A DNA stretch of 64,000 bases from Phoronis australis (Eukaryota > Animalia > Phoronida): assembly GCA_002633005.1 (NCBI GenBank), contig NMRA01000007.1:62001-126000 (forward strand), written 5' to 3'. Both the position numbers and the translations under genes were made by a program. How positions within the stretch are numbered: position 1 is the stretch's first letter; each line of letters starts with the position of its first letter. This document shows, piece by piece, positions 1 through 48,600 of this stretch. Under the pieces are notes generated by a model that worked only from the letters and a program-made list of their open reading frames with translations, was not told where the DNA came from and made no database searches.

Positions 1-352
1 TGACAAGATGCTAACACTTTCTATCAGCTGGTAGTGGCTGACATAACACTGTCTTCCTGGATACTGGATTTGTTGAACTATATTCCATTGAATGCTGGCG
101 ATCAGGTCTTCTTTATCGTTCTTATCCTTTTCAGAATTTTTCCAATAATGAAGTTATTTCATTCGTGTGATGTTCATATTCATCCAAAATGTTCTCACTC
201 TCAGTGCTAGGGGATATGTTGGGTGTCATGAAGTGGACCATTTTGTTTGAGATAAAAAGTTGTTTTGATGACGTGCAAAAGGACTTCACATAGTTTGACA
301 ATTATCTTGGCTGTCAACGTTATTTCAGACAACGTACAACAATTCTAGTGAT

Positions 353-8806
<8,454 letters not shown>

Positions 8807-11800
8807 TTCGGTAGTCAACTGGACTACAAAAATATTTTTGTATTGTTACATATGTTAGCCCGTTTAGTTTTTGTCACTCTGCCTTAATAGTTGGTAATTT
8901 ATTCAGGAAATAAGTAACAAGAATGTCTCGTTACATGATCCTTTGTAGATTAGTGTCATTATTTCAGGTAGTCGAATTTCATTATAGTCTTAATTGTTTT
9001 CCATGAAAATGAACGGCAGTGTTGATTTTATCGAGTGTAGTCATGCATTAGTAGATTTAGCATTTTACTCGTTATTGCAGTCATTTAAATAGTGTTAAAG
9101 GCTTGAATCTCGGGGAAAATTTATTTTAATATCAGATCATGACTTATTCCTTCTTGATGCTAGTTGAAATAAATATGTTGTTTATGAATTGTTTGCATTT
9201 CACTGATTCTGTCCCTCTATGTGTTTGTGATTAAAGTCGACACAGTCTCTTGGATGGCCAACATTTATTAGATAGTTTTGATGCATGTTGACACGATATC
9301 ACATAAAACAGCACAATCTTCTCCGTGTCATTGGGCTCTTCTGTCACTTGTAGTTCGGCAAATATTTTAGCAACTCCTCTGGTGAAGTAGTTCACCAGAT
9401 AAATACTACATGCCAAATGTAATCTATACAAAATACCCTTTTTCTGGGATCCCTTGACATAACGGGCAATTCTGTGGGGAGTGATTCTCATGGTAAGCTC
9501 CACTTGAGCCCGGTCATCATGGCAGCGAATTCTAGGCTGTTTTGTCTGCTTACTTTTGGCATATATTACAGCAGTCATTTGCCTTTAACTACAGTTTCAC
9601 GAGACACTACGAGCTGACAAAATCAGCCCAATGAAACTGAACGCGAGTTAACTGAACTAGAAAGAAAGCATTACCTTTATGTACAGAAACAAAAATTTAC
9701 AAAAGCTTAAATGCTGACTGAGACCAAGGCTTCCTACAGCACAACTTCCAAACAAATTCAATGAAGACGGACAGCATACCCCATTGTACCACATGCACAC
9801 CAATTCATCCTACATACAACAGAATGTTCAGTTTTTGATATCCGGGGGAATTTGGTCACGAGCAAAATCTAGTCGCATAAACATTAATTAAAAACGAAGT
9901 CTCACTTCAAATAAAGTCTATATGCAATCTGCTATCCTATGCCATACACGCCAAAATGAAAGGAATCGCACAAAATATTTCCCCATCACAACTGTTCACT
10001 CCACTTTTAACAAATAAGGCTTGTCACTACATGGAAATCCATAACAGATTGAAGTTTCCATCCAGTTAAGTTTATTATGGTAATCTCCCGTCATGAAATG
10101 ACCATTGCTACGATGACAACCTGCGCTCCGCTATCACGACACGGAATTCTGGGTCGTTTTGTGCAATTTCTGTAGGCGTGTATTGCAGGCACTGAACTAA
10201 TGAACATTTCAATGCCCACTAAAATCATTCCCAGTTTCTATCCACGAATGGTTGACAAATTTGTTGTTACCACTGATTATGATGGGGAAGACATTTACTG
10301 CAAATGTTGACGACTTATTACACATTGCACATCTTGACATTTATCCATTATATAGTTAATAAATTATAGTACAAACTAAATTACATCATTGCGGCAAAGT
10401 TGCATTACTCTCTCACGACAACACAGCCTCTTCAAGTTCAGTAACAATTTAATCCTTTCGTTGTGAAATCCTGGATTGTTTCTCACACGCGTCGACAGCA
10501 TGAAATTTCACACCTATACACTAAGTGTACACCGTTAATGGCTAAAACTTGGTCTACTTCAGAGCGAAAATTTGTCACAAGGGTAAAGCTACAACATTTA
10601 GAGAAACATCTAGGCTGAGAGCTAACATTTGTTTATGTAACTGCGTATTGATCAAGACGAGAACATCCACTTAAGCACGAAGCTGTTGAAGGTTGCTACT
10701 CAAAACGGACTGACAAGTGAGAAAACATCACCCTGACCATTAGACGAAGCTCCTTTTAAACGAAATCTGTCGTGCGAAAATTATAAAAGGAGCATTAAAA
10801 GTGTGTTTTCCTCGGCTACACACAAATCATGACATATCTTGGACTATTTTGCATCCTTTGATAATAATCGGTATACATTCACATTTCAATAAGTTGTGGA
10901 TACGGTAGTTTCCTTACACACAGATAATTGAGTACCTCAGTAAAATGCTCACAATTCTGATCGTCACTTAACTCTAAAATTTCACAACATAGTTCTTCCG
11001 ATTCAGATTCAACCTTACTCAGACAAAATCTCTTAGTCGGGTTATATCTGACTAATGTGAATTTTGATGAACTTCTTAACTGTCAATCTAATGTCAGTCA
11101 CCCAGCACATCAAGGTCATCATCCAAATGCCGTGTGTAGTGTCAGTCCAAGTTGAGTTCCAGACTATCAGGCACCATCAATTGGTCATGGTTTTGAATCG
11201 CACAAAAGAATGCCAAGCCAGGACTAGTGTATTCTCTTCGCTAACTGGTCTGTACTGGCCGTACGCCCCCTTCTGGCTAAGTCACCGTTATGTTTGTTAT
11301 CCTGTAAAACATCCAAAGAGTTCATCACCAACATTTTATGACACTTAATCTCTAATCACGGCGATAAATGAAGGTATTTGAAACTTCTGAGTTTAACCCA
11401 TCATTGCCAACAGTTAAGGTTAAGTTAGGTAGCCAGTATTTGAAGAACATCACAACAACGATACTGATGTTTTAATGAACAAAATCTCAGTAATGATACA
11501 AAGCACCACCATGTTTTTATTTGACAGAGTCAGTGAAAACTTATTAGCTATGGTAGTTTGTTTCATTTTTTAAAATTATTTTGTCTTTAAAACCACAGCT
11601 GAATACAACACATTCAGTGACCTTCTGGATGAGGTAGCGAGTGCATAGTTGAAGTCACAGTTGCGAACATAAGTTCAAATCCACACACGTTTCATTTAAT
11701 ATATTTCGGCCAAGTTGGAAAACAGAGCCACGCTCGCAGTATTCAAGGTATTTATTGCGGCAATCGCTTGCGTTTCGTTTCGATACTACCGGAATTTGTG

Positions 11801-12192
11801 ATCCAAAATTCAAAATATTACCAGTACCTAGAAACAGTACACAACCATACCAAATAAAAATAAAAATACTTTATGTAAAAACATTGATTGTTCATTTCTT
11901 AACACTAAAACCAGTCACAAAAAGGTGCAATTTTTACCATTTTCTATTTGACGAAAGAGCAGTTGTTCTCGTGAAAACATTTCCATCAACCAAGATAACA
12001 CTAATTCTCAATTTCAATGATCGCAAATTCTGATTGGTCTCAAAATTATGCAGATGACTTTGAAATTCCTACACAATAATTTCTCAATGTCTGTAATACA
12101 AGTTTTACTACGACAGGTGAACCCCCACACCGACATAACACTCCCACACACACCAACATCAAGTGAGCCTTACTATATATTTGTCCTCTTTA

Positions 12193-36932
<24,740 letters not shown>

Positions 36933-38773
36933 CTGAAAATAGAGGAAGAAACCATGGATTACAGTAAAACTCGAAAAACCAGACCCACAGATTTTATATG
37001 AGAAAGCCAAAATCTGACTTAAATCTTAATTGTCGAATGCATAAACTGGGACAACTAAACCATGGAACTTTTGTCCCGGTTAACAGGAAATTCGACTTAA
37101 GTATGTCCGACTTATGTGAGTTTTACTATATTCTTCGCTCAGTCTGAATCGAGCCATTGATTTAGGCTCAGCGCTAATACAGTGCAAATTAACTGGAATA
37201 CAATACATAAATTATGGCTCTACTCTTTGGCAAATTGCCTGTAAAATTCCCAATATTGCGATGCCAACAGAATTCTTCTTACGCCTGAAAGAAAGTGGAA
37301 TCGGTCAAACAAGCAGAGAAAACTATTAGGTAGGCCATGGTCACCTTGACTTAATAATTTTATCAAAGTCAAGAACAAAAATATAGATAACTTCGTGATG
37401 TTGAAGAATTTTTCAAATTAAGTTCCAGAGCATTGGTCATAGTTGACCAGCATTCAAATGACTCATTTATTGATGCCAATCGCGTTGTGAAAACTGGATA
37501 CTCATCAGGCTATATTACAACATAATTGAGAGCAGTGTACTTTCCACAGTCCCTAATTCAATTGGCAGAGAGCAAAAAGTTATAAAATGTCAATCCTAAT
37601 AAGCATGGCAAGATCTCAGCAAGGGTTCCCCATGAACGAAACACGAGATTACATTCAGGTTAGTGCGACATGAACCCAAGTGGACAGTCGACCAACGCAC
37701 TGACAAAACTCAATCCACAAACATCAGGACTCTTCTTCCACAGTTATTACATAACCAGAACAGTAAATATTAAAAAGAGAATGAAACGATGAATCCTTTA
37801 TTGGCTGTACAGAACTAGAATGCAAGACTTGTAATAAACATTTATGAACTTCTGACAGCAATGATTTCATTAAAACCAAATTTAAATGGAAGTCCTATAT
37901 CAGCCAAGGTAAACTGCTATTAAGTAATTATAGTCATTACCAGCTGTTACAGATCAGTCAGCTGGATATTTAATTACCCTGGATACACACAGCCTTGTAA
38001 CTAACAGCCACCCCGGACCTAGGTTGTTTGGGCAGGACTACTATCACCAATAACTCAACAGCAGTCTCAGTCAGACACAGGAGGGAGACCACAGGCAAAC
38101 CACAATAAACATGTTAGGGTTAAGTCTCTTCAAATGAGAACAGAATATGACAGAACAGTAAAATTTCATTTCATCAAAAATTTCCTCAAGAGTAAAACAA
38201 AAAGACAATTGTACTTGGTTTTTTTGAAAACTATATAGTGTGGATGTCATCAAGAAACGCACAATGAAATTTTGAGCATTTTTGACAATACAGTGAGAAT
38301 TTTAAAAATTAAAAATGGTAATTTTGGATATTATCATTAAATCAATTTGTTTCAAACTGAGGAAATTTTACTGTACTTCATAATCGTTTGAAATTAAGAT
38401 TAGGCAGAGCAGAGCTAATCTTAACAACTTAGAAATGAAATCAAAAGGAAAACATAATGAAATCATTGAGTCACGTTGTGAAAGTATGATACAATGCCAA
38501 ATAGAACTTGGGATTGAAGGGGTTGCTTTTTCTCATTACAGCAGCGAGTGCTGGTTCGCTACAAAAGGAGAACGTGGTCTTGCAATTTTGGTGTCAAGAT
38601 TTTTAACAGATCAGGTATCAAAATAGGTATAGATATGGGTCTTATTTTGGCATTCGTGTATCTTTACCACTGATATGGATAAGAATAGATAAGTATTAAA
38701 CATGGAGGAGTTTGACCTTTTCCAAATCCTAGGAAATGGCAATGATATAATTTTTGGCTACAATGTAGCTCAC

Positions 38774-38832
38774 CCCAAGGCAAGATGTCTACAGACCTCC
38801 AGCCCCTCCACACGCTGTGGTGTCACGGTCAT
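38774..38832 (-). CDS. KLC: Candidate alternative first coding exon of KLC: MTVTPQRVEGLEVCRHLAL(G)
   Basis: ATG...GG|GTGAGC, 59 nt (phase 2), in frame with the acceptor at 36932. Confidence 0.35.
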
Positions 38833-40441
38833 TGTGAGTCACGCGACATGAATACAACAGCAGAGGTATCAGTCTTCCATTCAATCAGCGATTTAATGGA
38901 GCACGCAAGTCTTATAGACTAGCCAGACACTACCCACAGTGACAAGAAATGGGGTATTGATCCATTACTTCAAAAGACATGCAAAGACTGAGAACATAAA
39001 ATTCTAACTTATGCTAAGCATCACGAAGTTCAGATAAATTTTATGCCAATTTCGAGTTTTCAGCTTCTTACATTACTACTGAGAACTGGCAGTTGTCAGA
39101 GAAGCAAAGGTATCATTAGAAACAACATACAGTGGAAAATATTTCCTCACAACCAATTTAATTTCCCTTTGGCAGACAGTTTCCATGGTGACGGAAATGA
39201 AATGAGATCAAAGCAATAACTGCTAAACTGTATTGAAGCTGTGTTCTGACCACTAAATGCTTCAAGCAATAAATTTATTTTGTTACTTATGCAAACCAGG
39301 GTCAGGGGTCGAAATCTTAGAACGCAAAATCAAACTATAAGTTAACTTAGACATTAAGTTTTACTTTTACACAAACTCAAAATAAGTCAATTACGCCATA
39401 CTCGAGTACATTATGGCTTACGCAAATGAGTTTCCAGTACAAGTTCCCTTGATTACACTTAGAATTGAACAACCAACTCAAGTATAAATTCGAATTTCTA
39501 GTTCAGACTTGAACTTATTACTTCAATGCTAGGGTCATCAAGTGAAAACGATGATTACTGAGTTGTCCATGTAAACCATAACATACTCTAGCACAGAATT
39601 ACAGACACTTGTCATGAATCTGTATTAAAGTAGAACACTAAATATCATAAACAATTTTAAGTTCAATTTCGATTACAAAGATTAGATCCCAGGCTCATGT
39701 GTGTTTTGCCTGAAAACTATATCAACTAAAGACATTAAATGACTAACTTCCAACTTTTGCAAAAAACATCAGTTCAAAACCACAATTTGTAATTAAAAAG
39801 AATGGAAAACCAACTGAATTCCTGTTCCTTCCTGTTCAGACGTTTTTGATGTGTGTGGTTTTCCACACATAAACAAAAGTGAGGGCATTTCATCACTCCA
39901 GACATGTGTTGGCATTAGCAGCCAATACACAAAGCCTGCTATGTGATCTCCCCATTACTTCCCCACTCATTCTACTTAATTCACAAAATTACTCAGATCA
40001 TTTTTGAAGACCATTTAGCCATCAAGAAACCATGAAAACCAGAGTTGGCAAGCAGCAATAACCCTACGTCAGATGTCTGGCTGTGCTTCTACTGCAGCCC
40101 ATATATCTAATACAACTAAACATACACATGCCGCAAAGCCACAGAATACGGTTTGATATCAACTAACGTAAAATACGGGAAAATGTGGAAAAAACGTAGT
40201 AACAAAATTTTTATATTACCGGTATTAAATAACAAAAAACACAGTTCTTCAATAGGGAGTGGCTTTCCAGTGTCAGCAACGAATGATAAAACTTAAGACA
40301 ACGCAGGGAAAATGACAAGAAATATAAACTTGTTAGTCAACTTACTCTTTCATAGTGAGGTTATTGCCCATAATATTTCGTCAGAACAGCGGGATGGGTT
40401 GCGCACATCTCAGATACATTCCTCCACGGCTGCTGACTCAC

Positions 40442-40473
40442 CTCATTACAAATGGAACGCTGCAGTTGCCCAT
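40442..40473 (-). CDS. KLC: Candidate alternative first coding exon of KLC: MGNCSVPFVM(R)
   Basis: GCAATGG strong start context, in-frame stop 18 nt upstream, consensus AG|GTGAGT donor, phase 2 in frame with 36932. Confidence 0.55.
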
Positions 40474-43400
40474 TGCGTTAACGGACGGCTAGCGCATAAA
40501 ATATTCCATTTACCGAGCACTCTCAATCGACTGAAGAAAAATCAATGTCTGCAGAACTTATGCAGATGAGACCGAGTGGCACTGTATAGCGATTTATCAA
40601 CAGACAGCTCACGTACTTCCTCCAAGCCTCCTGGGGGTTCAGACTTGATTTGCCTGCCAAGGCACCCGTGTACGGTCGACTAATGGAATTTATCTGTAAA
40701 ACTCTCCCCAGAACCGCTCACCAATAAAAAAATATTGCACGGCAAAACGAATTCTGACAGGCAAACATCTCCAGTTAATTCACTTAGATGAATATCCACC
40801 TTTTACTCTGTATGGTGGATAATAATTGAGCTGAATTATCTCTCAGTGGATAGGCACTCTAGCTATTTAAGACACACAAGCCTCAGCTGGCATCAAACAC
40901 CTCGCAATAGGCCTGAAACAGCCAACTCGTGAAATGGTTAAAGTCCACAGCAACGCAGGCTCATATCAAGGATCAAGTCTTGAACATATCAGTATCAGAC
41001 AGCAGCCAATCCACAGGAACTATAGTTAACCTCTTTGTACACTGTGATGTGTAGACAGACCGGAGTAGCTGGAAGATAGGTGCTATCTAGTGTATGCAAG
41101 CCATGTTCATGGATAACCCTACTATGTGTGTGTGCCATAATTAGAAACGGAAACATACCAGACGCAGCTGCACCCTATTGGCAAAACTGGACATTAACCA
41201 CCAAAGTTGCCACTCATCATTTTGCTAATTTCTTAAACGCATCATTTGACCAATGTTAGTACTTGAAAAAAATGGATCCTTTTTTTAAGCATAAAATTTT
41301 CACAACCCTGCGTAATATTCTTTACTAACATATTTCTTCTGTCACACGTTCCAATGACTGATATCAAGTAAATGGTGAAACAGGGCTTAAAGCAAATTTG
41401 AAAATTTTCTGCGATATGCAAAATTATTCACTCTCTGATCGACCACTATCACGGAAAAGCTATCCAAATGCCATTGGAAGAAATCATGACTCAATGCTCA
41501 TCAGGTACAGCAAAAAAGAGGGAGACAAACAGTTTCTGTGAGTTATTTGATTACGTAGCTTACTAGCATGACAATTAGAATAGCAATGGTTCTGTAATAC
41601 AGAACAATTAACCCAAGGTAGGGGGTACTCTTGAACAATGTGTCGGGGGCCCACCCGCACTTAAATTCAGACCAATGCAAGTCTTCGGTTTTGCAGAATG
41701 TCATTAATTAGGAGTCCCTGGTGAGCTCGGTAATGGCAAATTAAACAAGTAAAAAAATTGTTCAAGTTGGGTCACAATATGGCAGACAGAAATTCCACTT
41801 TGTCAAATTTCTCTACGAAAATAACTTCTTATGAAATTCACTTTGTTTTAGCATGGCATGTATAGCACAGCTATCACCAAACAACAGCTGGTAAAATTCT
41901 GAGCACTTGTGGTAAGCCTCTGAAGAGTAGAAACATGGCAATTTTAGCAATTATTTTTGTCCCTAACTGAAGACTTTCACTGTAATTTATCAAAACAGCA
42001 CATCTTCCTAAGACATCAAGAAGAGCTACACAAAATGCAGACCAGAAGCATAATGAAACTAAGACATTAACAACAGGAACAGGTTAATTTAGACCACAGG
42101 CTGGGACGATCTGAAGGTCTTATTGCGTACTTCAAGTATGCATGTACAGGTGACCCAGTCAATCTGGAGCAAAGTACGTAGGCACTCGTTGAGCGAATAT
42201 ATACAAGTGGAGAGAAACAGCACTCCACAAAGAAGTCAACAACGTTGCCAAGATATGACACCCTGCTTTGCATGTCATCGCCATGCACGCAAAAGAACTG
42301 TACAAGCCAAAGATAAAACCATCTTAGCCATGGATTATATTCATAGTCTTATGACATCAATGAAAGTTGTCCAGTAAAATCAATAACAGAATTATCACCA
42401 ATGAATGACATTGTTTAGCTGCTAACAGCTTGTCTTTATCTGTTAAGGCTTTCAAAATGACAAGAACAACCACAAATACCATGCAGAGCTTATGGTAGAA
42501 CAGTTCTATATTTGCTGATAAATTTAAAGCTGGTACAACTCAGTAGAGCTTGAAAACTCAAGTCAAAAGTTAATAAATAGCGTATTGAGTGCTGCGCTGA
42601 CAACTTTTATCAGAACTGGCTGCAGAACACAAAAATGTAGAAGACTGCTCTGCTTAATTAAACTTGTTTGCCCAGTGATAAAACAGATGCAAGTCAAACT
42701 TGCATCTTGCCCTGTTTAGCTGGCTAAAAATGAAAATCAGGGCCTTCTCTCTCAAGAAATTGGTTTCATAACATACCTTACAATGATAGAACTCTATTTC
42801 CACTATCGACAAGAACATAAAAATCATCAGCAATTCAGGAAAGCCCTTCACATTTTATAAGCGCTGGCCAACCCTAAAACCGAAAAAAAACGCGTATACA
42901 GTGTTCTCCGCAACAGAAAATTCAAACTCGACTGGAATTACAAAATTCACGAACGTGTTTGAAAGTTCATGTCCATACTACTGGGAGTTTTTGTGCTAGG
43001 TCTTGGAATAACAGCATCGGACTGATACCAAAAGTACAAAATGTCCTAATGTCCTTAAGAAATGACTGATCTCCCAACAGTTCAAACTAGTTGCATAGGT
43101 TTTCGAACTCGATGCAAGTAAGCCAAACTCACTACGACAAAATTGAAACAAGACGCAGTGACGAGTCAAATCAGGTTGTGGAGAACACCAACATAAGCAT
43201 TGCCAGTTCATACAGCAGGTTCATTCAGCAAAAATTTAAGATCGGATAAGATTGGTAATGTCTTGAACTCCAAAGCACTTCGGTTAAGAAATAAACATAG
43301 ACAGTTAACAGTGGCAAAATGCAGCTTTAAAGCCACGTTTCCAAATTCTTCCAACGAACTTCAGGCTACACGAACACAGCTGCCACACTCATAACACAGG

Positions 43401-45559
43401 TCCTCCCTTATAAACAGTGCTCACGTACCTGATAAGCTCAGTTCACCGAATGCCCAGAATCAAACACTGTTCATCGACTACCTAACACTGTGCCGGACTC
43501 ACAAAATACTGCTTGCAGACCCAAAAAATCTCTTTCGCGGGACTCACATACAGCGTCTGTATACACTGTTAGGCAGTCAGTAAGACGTGCAAAATTTAAG
43601 TCAGGAGCTGTTTTCGGTTATGTATTGTGTATTTTGTCATGGTATTATGTTTGGCAGTTGGTAGCTGTGCTAGTGGGATCCTGAACTAAGTTAATTGGGT
43701 CCTGGAGCTGCCTTTATACATGATGAGCTATGTTTATGAGTGTGTCCATTAGATACTTTTGGCAGAAATTTTGCCAAATGACTCGACAGCCACAGGCCTG
43801 TCTCTCAAGAAGGTGCACAAATTCACTAGGCCATCCAGCTGATTCACTTTGCCACTAATGGTCCCATACACCTACGCACAATGACAAAATCAGGAAAGTA
43901 GTCACAGTATAATCTCACAAATTTTGGCAAAAATAATTCCCGAAAATCCTATTTTTCATGGTCTTCTGACATTGCTGTGAATGCCCACAATTTTTCAAAA
44001 CTCTGTTTTATGGTAGCTGTGGTATATTAAACATGAACTGTTCATGTTCAACATGAAAAAGCATTTAATTTGGTGCTACAAATCTTTCACGTGGAAAAAT
44101 AATGAAATAAAATTTCACTTGTTGGCCATATTATGTCCTAAATTGATGTAATTTTACTATAAAGCTTTCATTATATGTATGTCTAAAAACAACACTGCAG
44201 ATGTTTTACTGCACAATACTTTACACTTATAGTAAAATTCAACCACTTTGTATTAAACAGATTTTTGCCAAAAATTGCCCTTTTCTTTTTCAAGGGCTTC
44301 AGACATTGTTGTGAAGGCCAACAGTTTCTCAAAGTATTGTCTGTTCATTGGTAGCTATTGAACAGAATCTGAATATGGAAAAGCAATAATTTGGAGACAC
44401 CTTGACGACATTTTACCATAGGTAAGGTTACTGTGGTACAGACATCAATAACGGTCACTATGCATCTGAGTTCTTGGCCAAGCTCAAATTTTGAGCTCCC
44501 ATGCTAAGTTCTGACTGATTATAGCACTTTTGACTACAGAGCCTTTAAGAGGCCTCAACATCATTTTCAATACGATCTTCATTAATCATTACTTTTACCT
44601 AAATCACTACCAAACCACGGCCTAATTATTGATAAAAAACATCAGCCTGAAAGCAGAGGTCTACCCAGCGGCCAACAAAATCCCACTACCAATACCCCAT
44701 CCCCCTACGTGGCCAATCTTTAATCCTAGTAAGAACAATTTTCATTTCACTCGATCAGATTACAACCCTGGGCACATACGAGAAAGCCTGTCGAATAAAA
44801 TGGAGGTGGACCAGGAGCCGAGCAAAAGTGTTTTAAAGTGCACAATTGAAAATTCCTAACAGAGTGGGCAGTAAATGAGTAGGGGCGTTGGCCAGGACGA
44901 GTACGGTAAGTAGTGTTGTATTAGTATGCCAACTGCACTCCAGGAGTCCATGATGGCCATTAATTTTTTTACAGGTTACTGTACTAAATGCACAATGGGT
45001 GTGTAGGGTAAAATACACAGATTCGGCCATGTTGATTTCTGAGCACTTCCCTAGCTTTTCCACAACATGCAGTCTGACCACAAACATTGAAAATAGGTCA
45101 CTTACAAGACATTAGTCACCATGACAGGATAAAAATAAGGCAGAAAAATCGTGCATCACAGTGCCCATTTTTGAAAGGGATCATCACTTAAGACAAACAA
45201 GCCTATATTTTTTAACCAAACGTGATAGTTCAAGGATAAAAAGCTCACTTTTGTGGTTACAAGAACCTGAAGGCATCGCAAAAAGCATTACAAATGTTGT
45301 ACACCAGATCAGAGCACAGTGATCTTTGCGCACATCATAAGAAAATCTCACTACTGGCGCATTCAAATTTGAACTCCACCTAGCCAATGCCTACTGTATT
45401 ACAAAGCCAGACAATCCACATAGTATTTAAACCAACAAATTGGCCGGCAGATACAAGAACAATGAACCATCATATCATCTAGCACAAACTTATCTGCCAG
45501 CTGCCATCATAAGCAAATTTACCCATCTTAGTTAAGTGGAGAAGGATGTTATTACTTAC

Positions 45560-45690
45560 AAGTGCCAGGCTCGTCCCGTCGGTGTGTTCATTGAATCAGT
45601 GGGCGTGGTAGGGGTAGTGGAGGTGGTGGGGGTAGGGGTGGTGGGGCTCTCAACGCTGGAGGTAAAGTAGCAGTCGTAGATGGGCGACAT
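45560..45690 (-). CDS. KLC: Candidate alternative first coding exon of KLC: MSPIYDCYFTSSVESPTTPTPTTSTTPTTPTDSMNTPTGRAWH(L)
   Basis: GCCATG start, 131-nt open frame in GC-rich sequence, TT|GTAAGT donor, phase 2 in frame with 36932. Confidence 0.55.
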
Positions 45691-48600
45691 GGCTCCAGGA
45701 ACGACTCTATCATGCCAGTACCGTAGCAGCTTTGGCCATTCCTTCAGTCTCAGAGGTCAATATAGGATGACGCCACTCAGAAAAACCGATAATCAGCAAA
45801 ATAGATGAGTTGTCCAAACATCCACGGGCGGTAGGAGCGAATATGTTAATCGTATTCCCCACAGATAACTACAGCTTGATATTACAATTAGGTATACTAA
45901 TGAACCAAGATGGCACAAAAATCCATATGAAGGCTGTTATATATTGAAAACCACAAGGGTGAAGGAAAGTCAAATTTAAATTAAAATTAAGACCTGCTGT
46001 AATATTATCTATAATTCAAAAGCAGGAGCAAACAAAATGGACAAATTACGATCTTCAAAACCAAAAATCACCAGGTCAATAGCAAACATTGAGACAAGAA
46101 CAAACATTGCACAATGGCATCGTTTCAGACACCCCTTGCACAACAATAGACTTGACCTCATTGATTTTTCGTAGATTATTGATTACAACACAACTCTACT
46201 GACAGACAGACAGGAGAATGCATAGATGAGACATCCACAAGCGACTTCTTGATAAAGCAGAGTAAACAATACATGTGTTTTGTACATGTGTATTCAGCTG
46301 ATCAAGACAACCTTCGAGGAACTGATACACAGAACTGCATCAATACTATATCCCTATCAATACTGAGGACATGTACACTGAACATGTAACAGTCAGTACA
46401 TTATGCAATAAAGGATGAAAATATATTGAAAGAAGATCTACTAATCAACCAATAACTGTCAGATGGACTTACAGGGTGAGCTAAACAAAAATAAAAAATC
46501 GGCAACGGGTGGAAATAAATGGCAAATCAAATACAAGTAAATACTTTAATTCTTTGGGATATTTTCCTCCTGACGTGACTGAATACCAGTTTCTCAGTGA
46601 TAAAAGTCAACGATTTTGTTGAAAAAAGGCAGATCTACCGCTATTTTAGTCAACCCTCTTCTTGATGACTCATACTTTTACTCATAACACAATTTCGCTG
46701 GAATGCTATCAAAACCTGCTGTGTTGCACAAAACCCAGGAACAAGTTTGAGATAACAGCTGAACTGACAACTGGTTATACAATGAATTTTTATTACTGAG
46801 AAGCAGCAAGTGATCTGTACAGTGGTGCCGCCTATTGGTAGCTTTCAAAACAATAATTGGTCACGAAACTCCACAATATGAGAAACAAATAGTGAAACAG
46901 TGCATATTACACAGAGACGATCAGAAAAGCTAAACTTTGATAAAAACATTTAAGCATGGGGACACGAAAGAAGGAATGGGAGGGGTAAAGAAGATGTAAG
47001 ATTGGGTAAAGGGTAATAGGTGGAAGGAGAGGAAAGGCTATGGGAAGGAGTCAGGACAGAACAGTGAGGGAAAGAGTACCATACACCCACAACTTAGTAC
47101 CATGTTTGGAAAAAATGCAAAGTAAAACTATTGAGTGTAACAACCTTTAAATTTCTGTTTTGAATGAGGTCAACGAAAGTGTGTGCATTGTCTGAATCAA
47201 TATTGTTTTAATCAAACAACAATGAACGCATATGGCAAATAACAGTACTTTGGAATCACATCCTGTTTATATTAAGGGACAACAGCCTCCAGGAAGAGAC
47301 CAACCACAGCAATAGGAGTCTCTTCGTTTGGGACCAAGTTGCCTGTTTAGGAATCTTGTATTGCCAGTTCTGCACAGAAGTACGAGGCACATCATCTGAT
47401 AGCAATAAACTGTTCTAAAATAAAATAGAAATTCTACAAGCAATAAGTACCAGGAAGAGTTTTTAAGGTTATGTGTGATCTTAGAAAAATGAATAAATTT
47501 AGCAGACTTCGAAACATCATACCTCGGAAATGACCAATAGGATTACGATGAAACTTTCATATACTGTACTTTATAATGTTCTCCAAAAACAATTAGGAAT
47601 TGTTTTTTAAATGTGGCACTTTTGTACAAGGGGTTATCAAAAATAAGACTTTTATGATTTTCACGAAAAAAAAATTGTACAAAACCAAAACGATATGTCG
47701 ATTTAGAAATCAGTTAACAGGCTTTCTGAGTTTTCATCTTAAACAATTACATCAAATAAAATTAAGTCATGTTACTTATAGTTGTTTTGCTATCAAAGTA
47801 CTTTTACTTTTTGTTATCTTAATGTATTCGTCTGAGTTACTGTTCAGGGTAATTATCGTAATTGGGAACTAAGAATAAAGGGTGGGTGTACAATAGAGAA
47901 TGAAAACGATATTTTTGAGAAGTTTCAGGTGACAACCTACCAGAACGGCTGGTCGAGTCAATACAGAACTACATTGACGTCAGATATCACGGCCAAGAAT
48001 CAAATAAAACACTTAGCGAATTAATGATGATCTATTGTCTAGACTGGAGCGATTGCCTACAGAAGATTAGCAGCGTGACCCAGCTTTTTACGCAGTGTAT
48101 CTCTTAATTTTCAGATGCAAGTCTTTCGCAATTTCTTTCAGTTTTTTTGCACACAAGTACAATAATATCAGAATGCCCAACAGCCAAAATAACCATTTCA
48201 TGTCTCCTTTAATAAAGAGCAGAAGATAAAAGGTATTTTCAAACCCAAATAATGGAAGGTCCTTCTGAAGCCAACTCACCATTACTCACAGATACATAAC
48301 CGAGTTGTGTAATTTTGGGTGCTAAAAATCTTATACCACGTGTGTTTACAAAGACACTGCAGTTCTAAGGAAGTCTTGATGGCATAAATTAGGGGTGGGC
48401 AGAAAAATATTTGGAAATTCCAGGGGTGGACAGTAAGCCAAGCAGGGGTGTTATCCCGAGCTGGTATGGTATAAGGTGTAGCACTCCACTAATCAATAAC
48501 AGTTTGGCTACTTTGAAGTATTTATCTTTTTGTACTTGAATACATGCTGAGTTGTTGTTTACATTACACATTGTGAGAAGGTCCATGATTTGGTGTTTGT

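Noticed and set aside
9231-12033. Short ORFs between the ENOPH1 and KLC 3' ends
   Set aside because: No recognisable motifs or exon structure. Most likely 3'UTR or intergenic sequence of the convergent genes.
47272-48212. Possible TTAA-flanked Kolobok MITE
   Set aside because: The ends (GGGACA versus AGGAGACA) do not form a clear inverted repeat.
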